Source: Patescibacteria group bacterium (lineage in GTDB: Bacteria; Patescibacteriota; Patescibacteriia; UBA2591; UBA6264). Taken from it: 64,000 nucleotides of DNA. Numbering within the stretch: the stretch's first letter is position 1; each line of letters opens with the position of its first letter. The notes below the pieces were generated by a model that searched no databases, was not told where the DNA came from, and saw nothing but the letters and a program-made list of their open reading frames with translations. A program made the translations under genes and the position numbers. Shown here piece after piece: positions 54,297 to 63,368 of this stretch. The stretch covers positions 202,678-266,677 of the forward strand of contig JAIPGN010000001.1 in NCBI GenBank assembly GCA_021735685.1. The letters run 5' to 3'.

Positions 54297-57232
54297 TGAA
54301 AAAAGACATTTTAAAGGAATTGAACCAAGAGCAAAAAGAGGCGGTTACTTTTCAAGATGGCCCTTGCTTAATTATTGCTGGAGCTGGTACGGGCAAGACC
54401 ACAGTAATTACTAAAAGGATAGCTTGGTTAATTGAGCAAAAATTAGCTCAACCGCATGAAATTCTAGCTCTTACTTTTACCGAAAAGGCAGCCCAAGAAA
54501 TGGAAGAAAGGGTTGATCGACTTTTACCTTATGGTTATTTAGATCTTTGGGTTTCCACTTTTCACTCTTTTTGTCAAAAAATTTTAGAAACTCATGCTTT
54601 AGATATAGGTCTGCCGATTGATTTTAAGCTTTTAGATGAAAGTCAGCAGGCTTTTTTGGTTCAGCAAAATTTTGATCGTTTTCAACTTGATTATTATCGC
54701 CCTCTGGGTAATCCCACTAAATTTATTTCTGCTTTACTTAAACATTTTTCGCGAGCTAAAGACGAATTGATTAGTCCGCAAGATTATTTAGATTATACAG
54801 AAAATTTAAAGTTAAATCATGATTCTTCTATGTCTGATCAAGCTGTTAATACAGAAGTGGCCCGCTTAGGAGAGGTGGCCCAAGCTTTTCAGACTTATCA
54901 ACAAATACTTTTGGATAATAATTCTTTGGATTTTGGAGATTTATTGGCCTATACTATTCGGCTTTTTCAAAAAAGGCCTCAAATTTTAGAAAAATATAGA
55001 GAGCAATTTAAATATGTTTTGATAGATGAATTTCAAGACACAAATTGGGCTCAGTATGAATTAATTAAGACGTTATCTCATCCGAAAAATAATGTAATCG
55101 TGGTTTCTGATGATGACCAAGCTATTTATCGTTTTCGAGGCTCTTCCTATAATAATGTTTTGCAGTTCAAAAAAGATTATCCGCAAGCTAAGCAAATTGC
55201 GCTTTTAAAGAATTATCGTTCTTGTCAGAATATTTTAGACCTGGCTTATGATTTTATTCAGGCCAATAATCCAGCTCGTTTAGAGGCTCAACATAAAGGG
55301 ATAGTTAAAAAATTGGAGGCAGTCAAAAAAAATAAAGCTGAGATCAAATATTTTCAGGCCAAAACCAAAGAAGATGAAATTGGTTTGGTGGTTAAGAAAA
55401 TTATTGAATTAAAGAAGAAAGATTCCGATTCTAGCTGGAATGATTTTGCTATTTTAGTCAGAGCCAATTCTCAAGCAGAGGCCTTTTGTCAGGCTCTGCA
55501 ATTTGCTAATATTCCTTATCAATTTTTAGCTCACCGAGGACTTTTTTTCAAGCCAATAATTATTGACCTTTTGTCTTATTTGAAACTATTAGATAATTAT
55601 CGAGAAAGTTCAGCTATTTATCGTTTATTTTTGTCTCCGATCTTCCGAGAAAAGATTAATCACGAAGATTTATCTAATTTTGTTTATTTTGCTAACAAAA
55701 AAAGTTGGTCTTTTTATCAAGCGATGAAAAAAGCTAATTTAATTCCAGGATTGTCAGAAGGAGCCATAAAAGAGATTTTAAGATTTGCTGATTTAATCGA
55801 AAAGCACACCGCCCTATCTAAGGAAGAAAACGTGAGTAGGGTTATTTATGCTTTTTTGGAAGAGAGTGGTTATTTAAAGATTTTGGCTGAAAAGGAGAAT
55901 GGGCGGCAAAGTATTTTTTGGTTAAATCAATTTTTCAAAAAAGTAGAAAGTTTTGAAGAGGCTAATTTTGACAAAACTCTGACCAATTTTAATAAAATGA
56001 TGGAATTGATGATTGATACTGGTGACACTGGTTCCATGTTAGCAGATGATGAGGCTGGGCCTGAGGCAGTAAAAATTACTACGGTTCACAGCGCTAAGGG
56101 TTTAGAATTTAAATGGGTTTTTATTGTTAATTTAGTGGAACGACGTTTTCCTTCTATTGGAAGGTCTGATCCCATAGAATTGCCTCCTGCGTTAATTAAA
56201 GAAATTATTCCGGAAGGAGACGTTCATCTTCAAGAAGAAAGAAGACTTTTCTATGTGGCTTTAACTCGAGCCAAAGATGGTTTGTTTTTAACTGCAGCTG
56301 AAGATTATGGAGGCAAAACCAAGAAAAAAGCATCTCGTTTTTTGTCAGAATTAAAATTAAACAAAAAGGATCAATTAATTGGCCTTACTTCTGGCGCTCA
56401 TTATGTTCGTCGAGAAGAAAAGAAGGAGAAACCATCACCTTCTTTGAGGCTACCATCCAAGTTTAGTTTTTCTCAGTTAAATGCTTTTTCAAAATGTCCT
56501 CAGCAATATAAGTTTGCTTTTGTCCTTAAGCTTCCGCGCGAAGGTAAGGCTGCTTTTAGCTTTGGGAGTACGATCCATAACACCTTGCAAATTTTTGTAC
56601 AAGAGTGGATGAAAAAAAATCAAGCAGTTCAGAAAAATATTTTTAATCCTTCTGATAATTCGTCAACTCAAGGCAAAGGTTTAAGGTGGGAGGATTTATT
56701 AAAGATTTATCAAAAGTGTTGGATTGAGGATTGGTATGAAAACGAAGAACAGAGAAAAGAATATCAAAAAAAAGGTAAAGTTATTCTGAAGTCTTTTTAT
56801 GAAGATTTTAAAAAGAATCCTCCTCAAGTTTTGGGAGTAGAGCAAGGTTTTGTTTTTAAATTGGGGGATTATTGGCTTAAAGGAAAAATTGATCGAGTTG
56901 ATAGAGTAGAAGGAGGGCTAGAGTTAATAGATTATAAAACCGGTCGTCCTAAAGAAAAATTAAATGCTGAAGACAAAGAACAGCTTTTAATTTATCAATT
57001 AGCAGCTCAATCTTTGCAAAACATTTTTCCTGAAAAGGTTAAAACTTTAACTTATTATTATTTAGAAAATGGACAAAAATGTTCTTTTTCAGCTCAACCC
57101 AAGGAATTGGAAAAAATAAAGGAAAAATTGATAGAGAGAATTGAAAAGATTAAACAGAGTGATTTCCCGGCTCAACCCAGTAGATTGTGTAAATATTGCG
57201 ATTTCTATAACATCTGCGAAGATCGAATGTAG
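54296..57232 (+). CDS. UvrD/PcrA-type helicase fused to a PD-(D/E)XK nuclease
   Basis: AGAGTGKT, DEFQD, HSAKGLEF, EERRLFYVA.TRA; C-terminal GKIDRVD..IDYKTG with Cys pattern KCP...CKYC..IC. Confidence 0.92.
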   Translation: MKKDILKELNQEQKEAVTFQDGPCLIIAGAGTGKTTVITKRIAWLIEQKLAQPHEILALTFTEKAAQEMEERVDRLLPYGYLDLWVSTFHSFCQKILETHALDIGLPIDFKLLDESQQAFLVQQNFDRFQLDYYRPLGNPTKFISALLKHFSRAKDELISPQDYLDYTENLKLNHDSSMSDQAVNTEVARLGEVAQAFQTYQQILLDNNSLDFGDLLAYTIRLFQKRPQILEKYREQFKYVLIDEFQDTNWAQYELIKTLSHPKNNVIVVSDDDQAIYRFRGSSYNNVLQFKKDYPQAKQIALLKNYRSCQNILDLAYDFIQANNPARLEAQHKGIVKKLEAVKKNKAEIKYFQAKTKEDEIGLVVKKIIELKKKDSDSSWNDFAILVRANSQAEAFCQALQFANIPYQFLAHRGLFFKPIIIDLLSYLKLLDNYRESSAIYRLFLSPIFREKINHEDLSNFVYFANKKSWSFYQAMKKANLIPGLSEGAIKEILRFADLIEKHTALSKEENVSRVIYAFLEESGYLKILAEKENGRQSIFWLNQFFKKVESFEEANFDKTLTNFNKMMELMIDTGDTGSMLADDEAGPEAVKITTVHSAKGLEFKWVFIVNLVERRFPSIGRSDPIELPPALIKEIIPEGDVHLQEERRLFYVALTRAKDGLFLTAAEDYGGKTKKKASRFLSELKLNKKDQLIGLTSGAHYVRREEKKEKPSPSLRLPSKFSFSQLNAFSKCPQQYKFAFVLKLPREGKAAFSFGSTIHNTLQIFVQEWMKKNQAVQKNIFNPSDNSSTQGKGLRWEDLLKIYQKCWIEDWYENEEQRKEYQKKGKVILKSFYEDFKKNPPQVLGVEQGFVFKLGDYWLKGKIDRVDRVEGGLELIDYKTGRPKEKLNAEDKEQLLIYQLAAQSLQNIFPEKVKTLTYYYLENGQKCSFSAQPKELEKIKEKLIERIEKIKQSDFPAQPSRLCKYCDFYNICEDRM

Positions 57233-57313
57233 TTTTTTTGGATTGACAAAAGGTCAATTTTGTGATATCTTGATGATATAAGAATGAATAAATTATTAGT
57301 TTAATTTAAAAAA

Positions 57314-57505
57314 ATGGAATTTAAAAAATTAAGTCATCAGGAGAAAGAAGAAGAGCAAGAAGCTTTAATTGCTCGAGAAGAAGAGGAGGAGGAAGAAAAT
57401 GAAGAAGCTTTAATTGCTGAAGAAGAGGCCGAAGAAAAAGAGGAGAGAAAAAGAAAAAAAGCTTTATTTTATAAAAAGATTAAAAAAGACAAAGAACAAG
57501 ATTAG
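57314..57505 (+). CDS. Small acidic/basic low-complexity protein
   Basis: 63-aa ORF after a TTGACA-17nt-TATCTT promoter (57243-57271); internal repeat AAGCTTTAATTGCT x2. Confidence 0.4.
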   Translation: MEFKKLSHQEKEEEQEALIAREEEEEEENEEALIAEEEAEEKEERKRKKALFYKKIKKDKEQD

Positions 57506-57515
57506 CTTTAACTAT

Positions 57516-60500
57516 ATGGAAATGTCTAAAAAAAATAACAAACCTGAGGAAAAAAAGGCAACAGGTGAAACTAAAGAAGGAAGTAGCTATGAAGCTCAGA
57601 TAAAAAAAGCAGAAAATATTGATGCTTTAATGGCAACTTTAGATGATATTCCTAATTTTTTTGAGGAAGAAAATGAGGATAAAGCTAAAGAAGAATTTAA
57701 GGAAAAATTTGAAATTCTTAAAAAAGAAGTTGAGGCTCGTAAAGAAGATGAAGACGTCGTTGAATATGGCGGCTTTAATTTTTTTACTACAGAATATGGA
57801 TTAAGAAGCAAGATAAGAGAGCTGTTATTGGGAGAAAGCTTTAAAGATGAAATAGAAAATAAAGACGCAGAAGAACAAGAAACAGAAAAGGAGAAAGCAA
57901 ATAATGAAAAAGAAGAAGAGAGAAAAAAAAGGGAAAAAGAGGCTCTAGAAAAGAAAGCTGAGGAAAAAGAAATGCTTTATTCTACTAAAATTGATTTAAT
58001 GGAAGATCTTGATGATAATGAAAAGAAAGAATTAAAAGATAAGGTAAGATTTGTTAATAAAGAAAAAGTAGCTGAAGAGTGTCAAGGAGATTTTGAGGAA
58101 TTGTTAAAATTGTCTGCCCAAGAGGAAGGGGAGATAGTTAAAAAGAAAAAAGAAGACAAAGATGAGAAAGTTGAAGAAGGTAAAGAGGAAGAGGAGAGTG
58201 AAGAGCAAATAGAAATTGATCTTGAAGGATTACCAACAGAAGGGGAAGGTAAGTATCAGGAAAAAATAAAAGAAATGAGCGAGAAATTAGATTTACCTGA
58301 GGAAGAAATTGAGCAAATTGTTAACCAACAAAAAGCTAATTTAGTTGAATTAACAGCTCAGAAATCTAAAAAGAAAGAAAAGAAATGGAAGAAAATAGGC
58401 AAAACTTTGGGAATTTATGCGGTTCTTGGCGGCGGCTTAGGTTTATTAACTGGTGGCTTAGGCATTGGTATTGGTCTTGCGGCCGGAAGAATCATTGATA
58501 CTATTTTTAAAGGAAAGAAAACTAAAAAGGATCAAGAAAAGGCCCAACAAGAAGTTAATGCCATTTTATTAAAAACCAAAGAGGCTGAAGGAGAAGCCGA
58601 TAAAGAAGAAGACGAAGGCACGAAAAGTGTTTTGGATTCTTTTTATGATAATATTTTTACTGAATTGTCTTTGGCTAAGCGCAATCAAATCGAGGGCCAG
58701 AATAAAGAAAAGAGTGAGCTTGGAAAAAAAATTTCTAAACTAGAAGAAAGTTATCGCCCAGAAGATAAAGAAAAATTAGCAGAACTTTATCAAACGAGAA
58801 GGGAACAGCAAAAAGAAAAAATCCAAGATTATTTAATGGCAAAGGGCTTAGAAGGAGAAGAATTAGAAAAAAGAGTGAAATTGTCAGCTCAGTTAGTAGA
58901 ATTAGATGATAATCAAAAAATAATGGAACTTGATTTTGCTAAACGCAAGGCCAGTAAAGTCGCTAAGATCTTTAGCAAACTAGATTCAATTTTAAGTCAT
59001 CCTGCTCTTTTGGGTGGAGCCAAGCAGGCAGAGAGCCAAAATAAAGAAAAGATAATTACTGCTAGTATTTTTGCAGTAGCTGGTGTTTTGGCTCGTTCTT
59101 GCCCAATAGTTAGGAATGTTTTAATGGCTTATGCGGGTATGAAATTAGGCTCTGCTGCCGCTGATTTAATGTTTGGAAAAAACAAAGAACTAAGAGAGGT
59201 TTCTGGCGAACAGCTTAGCCTAGAAAGCAGCGTTGAGGACCTTAATCGAGCTAAGGCCCAACTTTTAGACCCTAAATATAAAGAAAAAAATCCTTTAGAA
59301 CATGCTAAATTACAAGAAAAAATATTTGCTATTGATCGTGCCAGAATGGAGAAAGCCTTAGGAAAGACAGAGGCAACAGAGAGGGAAGATGAGGAGGCTG
59401 AAGGTGAAAAAATTGAAACTGATTCAGAGGAAGAGAAGATAGAGGTAAAAGAAGAAGAGGAAATAAAAGAAGCTGTAGAGGAAAAATATGGTTACATTGT
59501 TCAGGCCAACCAAGAATTAGAAGAAGCAATTAAAAAAAGAAGAGCAGCTCAGGGAGCACATAAAGGAATGAAAATATTTTTAGGAATAGCTGGCGGAGTA
59601 GCAGGTTGGTTTTTGGGAGAATATATGAATAAGCAAAATGAGGCTAAGGAAGCAGAGAAGGCCCAAGCAAAGAAATTAGAAGAAACGCAAAAAGATTTTC
59701 CTAAAGAAAATGTTAATAATGAAACTCCTCTTGACAAGCAAATAAAAATGTCAGCTGCCGAATTAGAAGCGCAAGAAAAGGAGCTGGCTCGAATTGAAGC
59801 AGAAAGAAGAATGGCTGAACTTAATAAGCCCGTTGTAGTAGAAAAGGGAGATACGGTTTGGGGAGTGTGCGAAAAGCAATTAGAAGAAAGAGTAGATAAT
59901 TGGGAAGAATTAAGCCAGGCGGAAAAAGATTATTTGATTGATTGGTATAAAGATAAAGTAGTGGCTAATCCCGCAGAGTATGGAATTGATGGTGGTAATG
60001 CCAGTTCTTTAAAAATTGGCTCGGAAATTAAAGTTGCTAATTTATTTAAAGATCAGGGTGAAATGGTTAAAGCTTTAGCTAAAGCACAGGGCTTAAGTAC
60101 GGAACAAGTCCAAAATATTATGAATAATCGAGAATTGATTGGTAATGTTATGAGTCAAAAATTAGAAGAAGTTCCCGGAGATAAATTATTAGAAGCAGTG
60201 CGAGTGATGGGCGGAACTGATCAAGCGGGGGCTGGCTTTGTGGCTGAAGTTGAAAAAAGAGCCACTGAGGTTTTAGGGGAAGCTGTTACTTCTGATCAAA
60301 CTCAAACTATATTAAATAATCCTGAGGTTTTTGGGAAAATAATGGATTCTGGGGTTGAGAGTCTTGAAGAAGTGGAAAATGAAACTTTGGGTCAAGCCTT
60401 TAGGCTGCTTAAGAATACTGATAGCGTGGGCAAAGAATTACTTCAAGAGGCTCAAGAAGTAGAAGGAGCGATAGGAGAAGAGTTAGTAGAAAGAGCTAGT

Positions 60501-61001
60501 GGTAGTTGGGAAAGGATTAAGAATATTATCGGTGGAGACCCCTATGACAATCAATTTCATGCTGGTTATGACATTGACCCTAATAAGCCCTTGATGAGCG
60601 TTTATCAGAATGATTGGATATCTCAAAAAGCTGACGAGGCTTTAAGTAAAGGAGATGAATTAATTAGTCAAGCTGAAAAAATGCAGGAATTGATTGGCAA
60701 GAGTGACTCTTGGTGGCATAAACTTTGGGGTATTGAGGGTAAAATTGAAAAATTAAAAGACACCTTTGATCAAAATACTGACATCTTTAATCAGGTGAAA
60801 GAAACTTACTATAATGGTTGGCAGCAAGGAAAATCTTCGGCTCAAGAATGGTTTAATCTAACCGGAGATAAAAAGATTCTTGGTGATTATTTTGGAGGAG
60901 ATTTTTTCGAAAAAAATAACTCTCTTTTGAGCGAAAAAATATCAAAATTACAAGAATTAATTAACCAACTAGGCAGTCGATATAGCAATGGAGCAGTATA
61001 A
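57516..61001 (+). CDS. Large acidic coiled-coil membrane protein with a LysM-like motif
   Basis: E/K-rich, three Gly/Ala-rich hydrophobic segments, VVVEKGDTVWGV motif; ATG at 57516 preferred. Confidence 0.8.
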   Translation: MEMSKKNNKPEEKKATGETKEGSSYEAQIKKAENIDALMATLDDIPNFFEEENEDKAKEEFKEKFEILKKEVEARKEDEDVVEYGGFNFFTTEYGLRSKIRELLLGESFKDEIENKDAEEQETEKEKANNEKEEERKKREKEALEKKAEEKEMLYSTKIDLMEDLDDNEKKELKDKVRFVNKEKVAEECQGDFEELLKLSAQEEGEIVKKKKEDKDEKVEEGKEEEESEEQIEIDLEGLPTEGEGKYQEKIKEMSEKLDLPEEEIEQIVNQQKANLVELTAQKSKKKEKKWKKIGKTLGIYAVLGGGLGLLTGGLGIGIGLAAGRIIDTIFKGKKTKKDQEKAQQEVNAILLKTKEAEGEADKEEDEGTKSVLDSFYDNIFTELSLAKRNQIEGQNKEKSELGKKISKLEESYRPEDKEKLAELYQTRREQQKEKIQDYLMAKGLEGEELEKRVKLSAQLVELDDNQKIMELDFAKRKASKVAKIFSKLDSILSHPALLGGAKQAESQNKEKIITASIFAVAGVLARSCPIVRNVLMAYAGMKLGSAAADLMFGKNKELREVSGEQLSLESSVEDLNRAKAQLLDPKYKEKNPLEHAKLQEKIFAIDRARMEKALGKTEATEREDEEAEGEKIETDSEEEKIEVKEEEEIKEAVEEKYGYIVQANQELEEAIKKRRAAQGAHKGMKIFLGIAGGVAGWFLGEYMNKQNEAKEAEKAQAKKLEETQKDFPKENVNNETPLDKQIKMSAAELEAQEKELARIEAERRMAELNKPVVVEKGDTVWGVCEKQLEERVDNWEELSQAEKDYLIDWYKDKVVANPAEYGIDGGNASSLKIGSEIKVANLFKDQGEMVKALAKAQGLSTEQVQNIMNNRELIGNVMSQKLEEVPGDKLLEAVRVMGGTDQAGAGFVAEVEKRATEVLGEAVTSDQTQTILNNPEVFGKIMDSGVESLEEVENETLGQAFRLLKNTDSVGKELLQEAQEVEGAIGEELVERASGSWERIKNIIGGDPYDNQFHAGYDIDPNKPLMSVYQNDWISQKADEALSKGDELISQAEKMQELIGKSDSWWHKLWGIEGKIEKLKDTFDQNTDIFNQVKETYYNGWQQGKSSAQEWFNLTGDKKILGDYFGGDFFEKNNSLLSEKISKLQELINQLGSRYSNGAV

Positions 61002-61042
61002 TTGATTATTTCATAGTTTTAAAAAATATAAGTTAAATTATT

Positions 61043-61363
61043 ATGAATGAAGAAAAAAATCCAACAGAAGCTTTTGCTGATAGCTTGATTCAGCAAGCCA
61101 ATATTACTCTCCCAGAAGAAGAATTGGAAGTTTATCGCAATAAATTAATGCAGCAGATTGAAAAAAGATTAGGTTTAATATCCTTAGATGCCTTAGATGA
61201 TAAAGGTTTAGAGGATTATGAAAAATTATTAGGAGAAAATCCAGACCCGAATGATCCTCAAGTGCGAGATTTTTTTAGCTCTCGAATTGAAAATTACGAA
61301 GAAAAAATTAAAGAAGCTTTAGATAATTTTAAGGCCGAATTTCTTTCTGCTTTAAATAAATAA
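61043..61363 (+). CDS. DUF5663-like small acidic protein
   Basis: LPEEE...L..QIEKRLG...L.D....YEKL...V..F....I.NY pattern, recognised from memory. Confidence 0.6.
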   Translation: MNEEKNPTEAFADSLIQQANITLPEEELEVYRNKLMQQIEKRLGLISLDALDDKGLEDYEKLLGENPDPNDPQVRDFFSSRIENYEEKIKEALDNFKAEFLSALNK

Positions 61364-61383
61364 AATCTTAAAGCTATTTCTGA

Positions 61384-61416
61384 AAAAAGTTTGGAGGCTG
61401 AACCTCCAAACTTTTT
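61384..61416. repeat. RAYT-associated palindrome, upstream copy
   Basis: AAAAAGTTTGGAGG-CTGAA-CCTCCAAACTTTTT; opposite orientation to the intragenic copies. Confidence 0.9.
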
Positions 61417-61658
61417 CGTTCCTTTTTTTAAAATTATTTCAAAATATGTTTATAATGATTATAATAAAAAACATATGAGCAAAAGAAAGGTTCAATTTAT
61501 TAATGATGAGTATTATCACGTCTATAATCGAGGAGTTGATAAGAGAATAGTTTTTGAGTCTTCAGAAGATTTAGAAAGATTCTTTTTAAGTATGCAAGAG
61601 TTTAACGATATAAATCCTATTGGCAGCATTTATGAGGAAAAATTAATCAAAAATAGAA

Positions 61659-61691
61659 TAGAAAAGTTTGGAGGTTCAGCCTCCAAACTTT
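61659..61691 (+). repeat. In-frame palindrome in RAYT, copy 1
   Basis: TAGAAAAGTTTGGAGGTTCAGCCTCCAAACTTT encodes EKFGGSASKL. Confidence 0.95.
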
Positions 61692-61973
61692 CAGCCTCTG
61701 ATTTTTCCCCGAAAGAAAAGGAGAAATTAGTAGAATTCATTTGTTATAATTTATTGCCAAATCATTATCATTTTTTTCTGAAGCAATTAGTAGATAATGG
61801 GATTCAGAAATTTATGCATAGAATATCAACGGGCTATACGGGATTTTTTAACAGGAAAAATAAGCGCAACGGTTCTTTGTTTCAAGGCAGATATAAAGCA
61901 ATTCATGTTAATTCTAATGAGTATTTGTTGCACTTAAGCACATATATTAATCTTAATCACCAGGTACATAATT

Positions 61974-62006
61974 TAGAAAAGTTTGGAGGTTCAGCCTCCA
62001 AACTTT
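61974..62006 (+). repeat. In-frame palindrome in RAYT, copy 2
   Basis: Identical 33-mer, same peptide. Confidence 0.95.
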
Positions 62007-62208
62007 TTAAATCTAGTTGGAGAGAATATTTAGGGCAGGATCAAAAAGAAATTTGCGCTAAGGATATTATTTTAGATCAATTTGACTCTAGTAATAATTA
62101 TCAAAAATTTAGCGAAGAAGGTTTAGAAAGAATTAAGGAGAGCAAAGAAATTCAAAAATATTTATTAGAGGAATTAAATAATTAATTATTGTTAATAAAT
62201 GAATTACT

Positions 62209-62922
62209 ATGACTAGCCTTCAAAACAAGATTATTGATAAAGTTAGAGAAAGTGGAGTTAAAGAAGGGGAGGATTATTTTTCTTTTCACCAACGCAGATT
62301 TGAGCATTTATTTGAATTATTAGATAAGCAAGAAGAAAGCAAAAGAAATTTATTAGAGGTTGGTTTTGGTTTTTTGCATTCTCTAATAGCAGCTCATTAT
62401 TTGGGTTATCAAAATTTATTTGGAATAGACATAGACATTAACGAAAATATTTTAAATAAGGTAAACAAAAAATTTAATTTTATTCTTAAACAATGCGATT
62501 TGGCAAAAGATAAAATTCCTTTTGAGACATCTTTTTTTAATTTTGTTTTATTGACCGAGACTTTAGAGCACTTTAATTTTCATCCTCGGAGAGCAATTAA
62601 TGAGCTTTATCGGGTTTTGAAACCAGGCGGTCGTTTAATTATCACCACCCCCAACCTTTTTCGACTAAACAATCGGATAAAGTTTTGTCTCCGAAAAAGC
62701 ATTTATGATGACATTAAAAAAGAAGAAATCATCCATTATCGGGAATACTCTTCAAAAGAGATTAAATATTTATTAAGGGAAGCTGGCTTTAAAAATATCA
62801 AAATTAATTATATTGATTTTGGGTATCCAGATAGAAATAAGCTTAATAAATTAGTGAATAAAATTTTTGGCTTTTTCTTTCCTGGATTAAGGCCAAATAT
62901 TTTGGCAATTGCGATTAAATAG
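62209..62922 (+). CDS. Class I SAM-dependent methyltransferase
   Basis: LEVGFGF, GIDI, ETLEHF, RVLKPGGRLIITTPN, HYREYS. Confidence 0.88.
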   Translation: MTSLQNKIIDKVRESGVKEGEDYFSFHQRRFEHLFELLDKQEESKRNLLEVGFGFLHSLIAAHYLGYQNLFGIDIDINENILNKVNKKFNFILKQCDLAKDKIPFETSFFNFVLLTETLEHFNFHPRRAINELYRVLKPGGRLIITTPNLFRLNNRIKFCLRKSIYDDIKKEEIIHYREYSSKEIKYLLREAGFKNIKINYIDFGYPDRNKLNKLVNKIFGFFFPGLRPNILAIAIK

Positions 62923-62931
62923 GTTTTTGAG

Positions 62932-62977
62932 TTATCCACAGACAAAGGGTTGTGTAAAAATAATAATCTGTTAAGAT
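62932..62977 (+). promoter_or_regulatory. Perfect DnaA box + sigma70 promoter for a small RNA
   Basis: TTATCCACA-9nt-TTGTGT-16nt-TAAGAT with extended TG. Confidence 0.65.
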
Positions 62978-62982
62978 AAATA

Positions 62983-63054
62983 ACGGTGCTTATTTTGAAC
63001 TTCGGTTCTTTGGTTGACGAAAGGTTCGCCTTTCAGATGCCAGATAAGCACCAT
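62983..63054 (+). ncRNA. Putative 72-nt three-way-junction RNA
   Basis: 57/72 ungapped identity to 30810-30881 with the pairing preserved; followed by a T run. Confidence 0.75.
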
Positions 63055-63318
63055 TTTTTATTTTCAGATTTTGAGTATAATTAAAACTATTTTTAATTGA
63101 CGTCAAATTAATTTGGCGTTTTTTTAATTTATAATATTGACGAATTAAAAATAAAGTATTAAATTAAAAACAATAATTTTGGTTATGTTATTCTTAAGAA
63201 GAAATATTAAAAGAGAATTATTTTGTCCTTTTTTAATATTTCTTTTTTTATATGATTTGATTGGGAGAAATAAATTTTGGGAGCGAAGTTTTATCCGATT
63301 ATTAAGCTCTCCTCTTGT

Positions 63319-63344
63319 AAGACCGCCTTAGGGCGGTCTTTTTT
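63319..63344 (+). terminator. Intrinsic terminator
   Basis: AAGACCGCC-TTAG-GGCGGTCTT followed by a T run. Confidence 0.75.
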
Positions 63345-63368
63345 GTTTTAAAGAATTAATTTTTTATT

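Larger units (their letters stand above)
61475..62185 (+). mobile_element. REP-associated tyrosine transposase (RAYT, Y1 HUH family)
   Basis: YYHVYNRGVDKR.VF, LLPNHYHFFL (HUH), GSLFQGRYK, YINLN, SSW.EY; ATG at 61475 preferred. Confidence 0.9.

Noticed and set aside
47985-57258. TTGAC-N-GTCAA palindromes at the lepA and 57.2 kb promoters as a shared operator
   Set aside because: The spacings differ (6 versus 5 nt) and one arm is simply the -35 box.
359-59737. Numerous 60-130 aa antisense or alternate-frame ORFs inside long genes
   Set aside because: Fully nested in well-supported genes with no recognisable motifs; expected shadows.
7731-62940. DnaA boxes as a replication origin
   Set aside because: The boxes are single and dispersed, each tied to a promoter; there is no cluster and no dnaA/dnaN gene.
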